This document shows positions 1 through 6,923 of a DNA stretch of 27,441 nucleotides, piece after piece (the stretch's first letter is position 1; every line of letters starts with the position of its first letter). This DNA comes from Clostridia bacterium (GTDB lineage: Bacteria; Bacillota; Clostridia; Oscillospirales; Ruminococcaceae), in assembly GCA_003246805.1 (NCBI GenBank), contig QKDG01000083.1:1-27441 (forward strand), in the 5' to 3' direction. A program made the translations under genes and the position numbers. The notes beneath the pieces were generated by a model. The model was not told the origin of the DNA, searched no databases, and saw only the letters and a program-made list of their open reading frames with translations.

Positions 1-107
1 GTGAGGGGGCAATTGAAATGCCCCCATTTAATGCGTTCTAACATTATATTGATTAAAAATATTGAACTTACTTGTTAGCTAAAAAATTTGTATTGCTATT
101 TAATATA

Positions 108-1433
108 TTATATCTGCTGATTAACAAATATGTCGTATATTGCTTTTGTTGCGTTTTCAAAATCACTTTCGCTTATTCCAACAATTATATTAAGCTCACT
201 TGAGCCTTGGTCTATCATTTTAACGTTAACGTGATTATGTGCAAGTGCTGAGAATATTCTGCCTGCTGTTCCCCTTGTTGATTTCATTCCGCGGCCAACT
301 ATTGCAAGCAACGCGAGGTTTCTTTCTATTTCAATATGGTCTGGTTTTACGCTTTTTTTAAGCTCAGCAATCAGGTCATCCTCATTGGCGTCAAGGTCGT
401 TTCTGTTCACAATCACGCTCATAGTATCAATGCCTGATGGCATATGCTCAAATGAAATGCTTTTTTTCTCAAGAACTTCTAAAACTTTTCTCCCAAATCC
501 TATTTCACTGTTCATCATGTCTTTTTCAAGATTGATAACAGCAAAGCCCTTTTTGCCTGCTATTCCTGTAATCGTGTATTTACTGTTTGTTGAATCAGCT
601 GTTTCAACAATCATGGTTCCTTCATCCTGTGGTGAGTTTGTATTCTTTATGTTTATCGGAATCCCGGCTTTTCTTACCGGAAAAATAGCATCCTCATGCA
701 ATACTGTCGCGCCCATGTATGAAAGCTCGCGAAGCTCACGATATGTTATCACCTTAATCGGCGCAGGATTTTCAACAATTCTTGGGTCACATATCAAGAA
801 GCCTGATACATCCGTCCAATTTTCATAAATCTCGGCATTTACTGCACTTGCAACAATTGAACCTGTTATGTCAGACCCACCTCTTGAAAATGTTTTTATT
901 GTGTCGTTTGGCATTGAGCCATAAAAGCCCGGCACAACTGCATTTTCAAGCACAGAAAGCCTTTGCCCAAGGATTTCATTTGTTTTTTCTGCGTCAAAAC
1001 GGCCGTCTTCTTTAAAAAAGATACCCTCAGCTGCGTCAACAAAATTATAGCCCAGATATTTTGCGAGTATTATTCCGTTAAGGTATTCGCCACGTGAAGC
1101 AGCGTAATCACGTCCGGCTTTTCCAATAAAGCATGACTTTATTGTGCCAAATTCATTTTCAAGAGAAAGCTCAATACCAAGGTCAGCGATAATGCTATTG
1201 TATCGTTCTTTTATCTGAGTGAACTCTTTTTCAAAATCATTGCCCTTTGCTGCTATTTCATAGCAATTATAAAGCATATCTGTTACCTTTGTATCGTCCG
1301 AATATCTTTTGCCAGGTGCAGAAGGAACAACATATCTTCTTGCCTTATCGGCAATAATAATATCTGCCACCTTTTTGAACTGGCTTGCATCAGCAAGTGA
1401 GCTACCCCCGAATTTTACTACCTTTGTATGCAC
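108..1433 (-). CDS. lysC: Aspartate kinase (monofunctional, C-terminal ACT domains; YclM/AKIII-like)
   Basis: 441 aa, GTG start with AAGGGGAG RBS; motifs VVKFGGSS, VPSAPGKR, FSRGGSDITG, WTDVSG..DPR, YRELRELSYMGA; two ACT-like repeats at the C-terminus. The paralog name is uncertain. Confidence 0.9.
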   Translation of the reverse strand: MHTKVVKFGGSSLADASQFKKVADIIIADKARRYVVPSAPGKRYSDDTKVTDMLYNCYEIAAKGNDFEKEFTQIKERYNSIIADLGIELSLENEFGTIKSCFIGKAGRDYAASRGEYLNGIILAKYLGYNFVDAAEGIFFKEDGRFDAEKTNEILGQRLSVLENAVVPGFYGSMPNDTIKTFSRGGSDITGSIVASAVNAEIYENWTDVSGFLICDPRIVENPAPIKVITYRELRELSYMGATVLHEDAIFPVRKAGIPINIKNTNSPQDEGTMIVETADSTNSKYTITGIAGKKGFAVINLEKDMMNSEIGFGRKVLEVLEKKSISFEHMPSGIDTMSVIVNRNDLDANEDDLIAELKKSVKPDHIEIERNLALLAIVGRGMKSTRGTAGRIFSALAHNHVNVKMIDQGSSELNIIVGISESDFENATKAIYDIFVNQQI

Positions 1434-1497
1434 TGCAATCTCCCCTTATCAATAAATATATTAAATTTAAGCAAATTCATTAAAACAGCTATTCTCT

Positions 1498-1527
1498 ATT
1501 ATAAAATATATGACAATTTATTGTCAA
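1498..1527 (-). promoter_or_regulatory. Sigma-A promoter for aspartate kinase
   Basis: Minus strand TTGACA (1522-1527), 18 bp, TATAAT (1498-1503); perfect consensus hexamers ~65 bp upstream of the start. Confidence 0.75.
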
Positions 1528-1678
1528 TTGACATATAGGCTAATTTTTATGTAAATTGCAGTGTTTTCTTGTTAAATACGCTTGTGTGCCTGTCAAGAAC
1601 ACATTCCCCACATCTGTTTATATGAATAATATAGCTTAATTGTTATATTTTATTCACACTGCATATTTTTTGCTATTG

Positions 1679-1707
1679 TTGACTTTTTTTTATTTTAATG
1701 ATAGTAT
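1679..1707 (+). promoter_or_regulatory. Sigma-A promoter for mnmA
   Basis: TTGACT (1679-1684), 17 bp, TAGTAT (1702-1707) with extended TG at 1699-1700. Confidence 0.6.
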
Positions 1708-1734
1708 TTTGATATTAAAATTGTTGGAGTTATT

Positions 1735-2805
1735 ATGAAAAAGAAGGTTATGCTCGCAATGAGTGGCGGGGTTGACAGCTCGGTTGCTTTGTTGCTATTA
1801 AAAGAAAAATACGATGTAATTGGTGTCACTTTAAAGCTTTATGACAATGCTGATATCGGCATCAAACCCTCAAAAACCTGCTGCTCGCTGACAGATGTTG
1901 AGGATGCTAAAAGCGTTGCCGCAAAATGTGGAATAGACCATTATACATTTAATTTTACTGATTATTTTAAGGAAAATGTTATAGAACGTTTTGTTTATGC
2001 TTATTTAGATGGTGAAACACCTAACCCATGCATAGACTGCAACAGATACGTTAAGTTTGATGAGATGCTTCGTCGTGCTGTTTCGCTTGAATGTGATTTC
2101 CTTGCAACCGGGCATTATGCAAGAATTGAAAAGGACGAAATTACCGGCAGGTATCTGTTGAAAAAAGCGGTTGATGATACAAAGGACCAAAGCTATGTTC
2201 TGTATAATCTTACACAGGAACAGCTTTCAAAAATCCTGTTCCCTATGGGTGGGATAAAGAAGACAGAAGCAAGACAGCTTGCCGATTCAAGCAGGCTTAT
2301 AAATGCAAGCAAGCCTGACAGCCAGGATATATGCTTTGTTCCGGATGGTGATTATGCACAGTTTATAAAAACTCATACAGGGAAGTCCTTGCCCTGCGGT
2401 AATTTTGTTGACAAAAACGGTAATGTTCTTGGCAGGCACAAGGGCATTACTCACTATACAATCGGGCAGAGAAAAGGGCTTGGCATAGCTCTCGGGAAAC
2501 CTGCCTATGTTGTTGACATCAATCCCGATAACAACACCGTTGTGCTCGGGGATGAAAATGACTTGTTCAGCACCACTCTAACGGCAAAGGATGTCAACTT
2601 TATTTCAATCAACAGGCTTGAATCGCCGTTAAAGCTTAAAGCACGAACAAGATACAAGCAGACAGAGCAGCCCTGCACTATCTTCCCAAATGAAGATTCA
2701 ACTGTAACTGTTGTGTTTGATAATCCAGGGCGCGCTTTTACCCCAGGGCAGGCTGTCGTTTTTTATGATGGCGATATTGTCGTCGGCGGTGGAACAATAA
2801 TATAA
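1735..2805 (+). CDS. mnmA: tRNA 2-thiouridine(34) synthase MnmA
   Basis: 356 aa; AMSGGVDSS PP-loop, PNPCIDCN, ATGHYA, KDQSY, DSQDICF, YTIGQRKGLG, TPGQAVVFY. Confidence 0.97.
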   Translation: MKKKVMLAMSGGVDSSVALLLLKEKYDVIGVTLKLYDNADIGIKPSKTCCSLTDVEDAKSVAAKCGIDHYTFNFTDYFKENVIERFVYAYLDGETPNPCIDCNRYVKFDEMLRRAVSLECDFLATGHYARIEKDEITGRYLLKKAVDDTKDQSYVLYNLTQEQLSKILFPMGGIKKTEARQLADSSRLINASKPDSQDICFVPDGDYAQFIKTHTGKSLPCGNFVDKNGNVLGRHKGITHYTIGQRKGLGIALGKPAYVVDINPDNNTVVLGDENDLFSTTLTAKDVNFISINRLESPLKLKARTRYKQTEQPCTIFPNEDSTVTVVFDNPGRAFTPGQAVVFYDGDIVVGGGTII

Positions 2806-2807
2806 AC

Positions 2808-2837
2808 AATCCCCTGCAAATTTAATTGCAGGGGGTA
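2808..2837. repeat. Left copy of 30-bp direct repeat (palindromic terminator; putative target-site duplication)
   Basis: AATCCCCTGCAAATTTAATTGCAGGGGGTA; 29/30 identical to 2956-2985. Confidence 0.9.
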
Positions 2838-2955
2838 CAGAGTGCCTAAAAACTATGATTTTCGATGCGAAGTGGTGTGGCGGCGACCGCAAAGCCCCCA
2901 CAAATACGTGTTTCAATTTATAAAAATTGTAGAAAAACGCTTTTTCTACAAGCTG
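2838..2955. mobile_element. 118-bp non-autonomous MITE-like element, IS1182-like insertion behaviour
   Basis: Lies exactly between two 30-bp direct repeats; ends CAGAGTGCCTAAAAA (2838-2852) and TTTTTCTACAAGCTG (2941-2955; reverse complement CAGCTTGTAGAAAAA) match at 10/15 positions as terminal inverted repeats; no transposase ORF. Confidence 0.7.
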
Positions 2956-2988
2956 AATCCCCTGCAAATTTAATTGCAGGGGATATTT
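2956..2988. terminator. Right copy of the repeat: intrinsic terminator hairpin between convergent genes
   Basis: 11-bp perfect stem ATCCCCTGCAA (2957-2967) / TTGCAGGGGAT (2974-2984), loop ATTTAA, followed by a T-run on the plus strand. Confidence 0.8.
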
Positions 2989-4308
2989 TTATTCGGCATA
3001 CTGTAATATAAATTCCATTATATACTCTTTGTCATTTATTAGTATCTTCTGGCACTGCAAGCTTTCTACCCCTGCCTGTTCTGCCGCATCATTAAGCAAG
3101 CTGTATATCTGTAACTTGCCTTCTTCAGGTGACGTTAGCATATCAAGAGTTTTGTTGTAGACTGCTTCATTCACAAGTTTGATTTTTATGCTGTCTTTGT
3201 TCTGCTGAACAGCCTTGACTGCCTCGTTAACAACAATAGTTATAGCTTCTTCATAAGAGTTGGCAAAAATCCCTGTTTTAACATAGTAGTTATCTTTAAT
3301 TGAGGTTGCCACAGGGTATTGTATGTATGGTTCGCTATCAATGCTGTGGTCTGCCTGAATTTTGCTGGTAGTAACATTAAAATACTCATAGCTCAAAACA
3401 TCAGTTGCGCCTACCGGGTCATCCCAGGTAACATCCATATGATACCATTGCCCGTTACATTTAACCATATTCCACATATGAGATTCTCCGCCTGCTTCCC
3501 CGGTAACTATCAGGGTGTCTATTCCCACTTCATTACAAAGGAGCGAAAATGCCTTTGAATACCCCTCACATACGGCACTTCCTTTAATAAGTGCGCCATA
3601 CGCTGTATATACATGTGGATTGCTTTGTGGATTAACACCGACAGAATAACGGCAATTATTGATTATTGTATCGTGGATAAACAATATTTTTTCAAAATCC
3701 GTTGCATTGGGATTCATCTGGCTTTTTATAATGTTAACCCTCGCAATAAGCTCATTCGTCATGGCTACGCTTTCATTAAGGCTTACAGGATAGCTCATAT
3801 CAACCGAAAGCACCCTGCCTGACGCCTGGTCATAGCTATATTTATAACTCATCGGCATATTTGTGCTGTAATACAGTGTGTTCTTAACAAGATAATAAAT
3901 ATTTACAAAATCTGTTGATGATATGTTATTATCAAAATAAATAACCGCTGAATTTCTTTTTATCCCCTCTGCCAGCTTGGTATATGTTGCCTGCATATCA
4001 GCTGTTAAGCTATAATATTTTACAACCTGCAGGTTGACGGGTATCTGGGCAACAGGGGTAGTTGTCTGAACTGTCTGTTCTGATGTTGTTGTGGATGTGA
4101 TTGTGGCTTCCTGTGATTGTGAGGTAGCTGTTGTTGTCGTGGTTTGCGAGGGAACAGTTATATCAATACTCGTTTCTGCTTTTTTTATATAATTGTTAGG
4201 AAGCTCTAAGCTTGTTGTTTTCTCCTTGACTGAATAGCATGATGTCAGCAAAACAAGGCACGCCAAAAGCGCAGTTGCAATTAATTTCTTTGCTTTGCTT
4301 TTAAACAT
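2989..4308 (-). CDS. Lipoprotein with transglutaminase-like (Cys-His-Asp) domain
   Basis: 439 aa; signal peptide with lipobox LLTSC; Thr/Ser/Gln-rich linker; AVCEGYSKAF, HMWN and DVTWDD motifs; RBS AAGGAG. Confidence 0.85.
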   Translation of the reverse strand: MFKSKAKKLIATALLACLVLLTSCYSVKEKTTSLELPNNYIKKAETSIDITVPSQTTTTTATSQSQEATITSTTTSEQTVQTTTPVAQIPVNLQVVKYYSLTADMQATYTKLAEGIKRNSAVIYFDNNISSTDFVNIYYLVKNTLYYSTNMPMSYKYSYDQASGRVLSVDMSYPVSLNESVAMTNELIARVNIIKSQMNPNATDFEKILFIHDTIINNCRYSVGVNPQSNPHVYTAYGALIKGSAVCEGYSKAFSLLCNEVGIDTLIVTGEAGGESHMWNMVKCNGQWYHMDVTWDDPVGATDVLSYEYFNVTTSKIQADHSIDSEPYIQYPVATSIKDNYYVKTGIFANSYEEAITIVVNEAVKAVQQNKDSIKIKLVNEAVYNKTLDMLTSPEEGKLQIYSLLNDAAEQAGVESLQCQKILINDKEYIMEFILQYAE

Positions 4309-4322
4309 ATACTACTCCTTTT

Positions 4323-5651
4323 CTATTCATCTGCGGTATTTTTATTTACAATTGTTGCCTTTAACTTTGAGATTCTTTTCTCCTCAGTCTCCAATACCGA
4401 AAATTCAACGCCATTGTATTCTATTGTTACAAGCTCACCCTCTGCCGGGATATGCCCTAAAATATCTATAATAAGCCCACCCATTGTGTCATAATAATGG
4501 CCGTCGGGTAGCTGCAAGCCAAGCTGCCTGAAAACATCCTCAGGGTCAGCATTTCCTGTTATTTCATAGGTTTCATCGTCATTTTTCACGATTTCGTCTA
4601 TTTCGTTGTCATATTCATCCTGAATATTTCCAACAATTGCTTCGAGCAAATCTTCCATTGTTACAATGCCTGCTGTGCCGCCATATTCATCAACAGCAAC
4701 TGCTATATGGCTTTTGGTTGATGAAAATTCCTTAAAAAGCTCGCCACAATGATTTGTTTCGGGAACATACTTAATTTCACGCATAAAATCGGTAATCGAT
4801 TTGTTGCTGGTATCACCTGAATTTATAAGTATAAGCAAATCCTTGATGTATACAACCCCGTTGATATTATCAATACCGTTTTCATATACAGGTATTCTTG
4901 AAAACCCCTCACTTATTGCAAACTTTACAAGCTCATCAATAGGAGTGCTTTTTTCAACTGCTGATATTTCAGTCCTGTGTGTCATCACATCTGAAACAAG
5001 AAGGTCATCAAACTGAAAAATGTTGTTTATCATTTCCTTCTGGCTTTCTTCAATAGCGCCTGTTTCATTAACAGCATCAACCATCATAAGAATTTCTTCT
5101 TCTGTTACAGCCTGATTGTCTGTTTTTGAAGAAACACCCAGAATACTGCCGATTATATGTGAGAACAACAAAGACAGCCTTGAAAGCGGGGTGAAAATAA
5201 TAGTTATAAGCTTTAAAACTCCGCTGGTTTTTATAGCAAAATCCATGCTGTATTTTTGTGCGATTTTTTTTGGGATACTATAACCAAAGGTATTTATCAG
5301 TATAGTAATACAAAATGCAATTATTGCTGCCGAGAGTATGCTTGCTATGCGTTGGTTTATTGTCTGGTTCTGAATAATGTCGCTTAAATACGGATAAAAC
5401 ACTATTGTTGCTGCCATTGTTATTATAACAGATGCCATTGCCTTGAAAATCGTCAGTGAAGTAAGCAGCTTGTTTGGCTTTGAAAGCAGTTCTATTAGCT
5501 TTGCTGCTGATTTATCTCTTTCAGCCAATTTTTTTAACCGTGTGTCATTAACTTCAATTACTGCTGATTCGCATACCGCTATAAAACCTTTAATCAACAA
5601 AACTATTACAGTAATTGACAAGCCGATTATTATTCGACTCCCATCGTCCAT
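4323..5651 (-). CDS. Hemolysin-family / CNNM (DUF21)-CBS-CorC domain membrane protein, probable Mg2+/Co2+ transport
   Basis: 442 aa; N-terminal TM helices, TEEEILMMV, DVMTHRT, FSRIPVY, AVDEYGGTAGIVTMEDLLEAIVGNIQDEYD, C-terminal CorC_HlyC-like domain. Confidence 0.9.
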   Translation of the reverse strand: MDDGSRIIIGLSITVIVLLIKGFIAVCESAVIEVNDTRLKKLAERDKSAAKLIELLSKPNKLLTSLTIFKAMASVIITMAATIVFYPYLSDIIQNQTINQRIASILSAAIIAFCITILINTFGYSIPKKIAQKYSMDFAIKTSGVLKLITIIFTPLSRLSLLFSHIIGSILGVSSKTDNQAVTEEEILMMVDAVNETGAIEESQKEMINNIFQFDDLLVSDVMTHRTEISAVEKSTPIDELVKFAISEGFSRIPVYENGIDNINGVVYIKDLLILINSGDTSNKSITDFMREIKYVPETNHCGELFKEFSSTKSHIAVAVDEYGGTAGIVTMEDLLEAIVGNIQDEYDNEIDEIVKNDDETYEITGNADPEDVFRQLGLQLPDGHYYDTMGGLIIDILGHIPAEGELVTIEYNGVEFSVLETEEKRISKLKATIVNKNTADE

Positions 5652-5685
5652 TTATTATCCCCTCTCAGATTTAACCCATAATTTT

Positions 5686-5713
5686 ATTTTATCACTTATA
5701 CAGAATAAGTCAA
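5686..5713 (-). promoter_or_regulatory. Possible internal promoter for the CNNM/CBS gene
   Basis: Minus strand TTGACT (5708-5713), 16 bp, TAAAAT (5686-5691) with extended TG. Confidence 0.5.
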
Positions 5714-5776
5714 TTAAAATACGACTACAAACAGGTGGTTATTATTTACATTTTAGTTACAGTATAAGGGACTTTT

Positions 5777-6685
5777 CTACTCGCTCGCTGATGTCACCTG
5801 CTCAACAGGCGCAACAAGCTGAGAGTCTATTTCTGAAATAACCTCGTTTAACCTGCTTGTCGGTTTTTCAAAAAAAGTATAATCAATAGTAATAACTGTT
5901 ACACCATCAACTTCAAGCAGTGAGGCAACGCTACCATCAAGCTGGCTTTTGTCAACATCCTTTGAAATAAAAATCAAGTTCGGTGCCTGTGCTGCTATTT
6001 CTGCCGCCGGCATTGAAAAATCGGTGTAATCCTCTGCTACATTTATGCCAAATACGTTTAAAAGGCTTCCTGCAAGAGTATCTCCTGTTGCAACTGCAAA
6101 TTTGTTTGTGATGCAAAGGTATTTGTACTCATAGCCTTTTGACTGTGCCTGATACAAAGCATCGTCAAGCGGTTCAATTTTTTCTTCCGTGATTTTGTCA
6201 GACTGTTTATTTCCCAGGAAAACCATTGCTAGCATTGCGTAAATATCATTAATTTCATAAAAATTTTTAGGCGGGCTTATCTCAAGAATTTTAATTCCGT
6301 TTTCTTTTAGCTCATTGATATCAATGCTGGCGACAGGGCTTTGTGTTATTACAAGCTCTGGCTTTAAATCAAGAATAGCCTGAATATCAGGCATTGCCGG
6401 GCTGCCGACTGCAGGGATATTTGCCACACCGTCAGGATAGCTGCAATAATTGCTCCTGCCCACAATTTTATCCCCTATGCCGATTTCAAATAGAATTTCA
6501 GTAACAGTGGGTGAAAGTGAAACCACAGTTTCTGGTGGGCCTAAAAATTCAACCCCCTCAACAGTAACAGGATAATCCTGCAAATTCGTGTTGTTTATAT
6601 CATTGCTGTCAAGCAGCCCTATCTGTGAGCATCCGGTAAATAATAATATTATTAAACAAAAAATTATAATAGCATGTTTTTTCAC
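5777..6685 (-). CDS. ABC-type substrate-binding lipoprotein, helical-backbone metal receptor family (BtuF/siderophore-like)
   Basis: 302 aa, GTG start; lipobox LFTGC; VVSLSPTVTEILFEIG, IVGRSNYCSYP, PDIQAILDLKPELVI. Confidence 0.85.
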   Translation of the reverse strand: MKKHAIIIFCLIILLFTGCSQIGLLDSNDINNTNLQDYPVTVEGVEFLGPPETVVSLSPTVTEILFEIGIGDKIVGRSNYCSYPDGVANIPAVGSPAMPDIQAILDLKPELVITQSPVASIDINELKENGIKILEISPPKNFYEINDIYAMLAMVFLGNKQSDKITEEKIEPLDDALYQAQSKGYEYKYLCITNKFAVATGDTLAGSLLNVFGINVAEDYTDFSMPAAEIAAQAPNLIFISKDVDKSQLDGSVASLLEVDGVTVITIDYTFFEKPTSRLNEVISEIDSQLVAPVEQVTSASE

Positions 6686-6714
6686 GTTTTTGCCCCTTAT
6701 TTTTTTATATATTT

Positions 6715-6743
6715 ATTGTACTATAATAATTACATAATTGCAA
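6715..6743 (-). promoter_or_regulatory. Sigma-A promoter for the binding-protein gene
   Basis: Minus strand TTGCAA (6738-6743), 17 bp, TACAAT (6715-6720). Confidence 0.55.
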
Positions 6744-6812
6744 TTATTGTTTGCTATTATATTATGATGATTATTTTCTTATATTTTTAACAATTAATTG
6801 TGAAAAATGCTA

Positions 6813-6841
6813 TTGACGACTATTTTAAAAATATATATAAT
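6813..6841 (+). promoter_or_regulatory. Sigma-A promoter for ilvBNC
   Basis: TTGACG (6813-6818), 17 bp, TATAAT (6836-6841). Confidence 0.75.
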
Positions 6842-6923
6842 TAAAGGTAATCATATTTTAACAATATAGCGCATTAAAGTATTTTGCTGTATTAATTTTT
6901 TAATGATTGAGAAAGGAGCTTGG

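Noticed and set aside
6-24. Hairpin GGGGCA-ATTGAAA-TGCCCC at the window edge as the lysC terminator
   Set aside because: It is ~85 nt from the stop, has no U-tract on the minus strand and its context is truncated, so it cannot be assigned
2698-2967. 89-aa minus-strand ORF across the MITE
   Set aside because: Overlaps mnmA antisense, has no recognisable domain and no clear RBS
2808-2985. Two palindromic direct repeats as a mini CRISPR array
   Set aside because: Only two repeats, a 118-bp spacer, no cas genes; the repeat is a terminator and the insert has its own terminal inverted repeats
6765-6900. CodY boxes around the ilvB promoter
   Set aside because: The best match I found has four mismatches to AATTTTCWGAAAATT in very AT-rich DNA, which is not distinguishable from chance by eye
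6903-6923. Longer ilvB start from the ORF track
   Set aside because: The extension contains the SD (AAAGGAG) for ATG 6924
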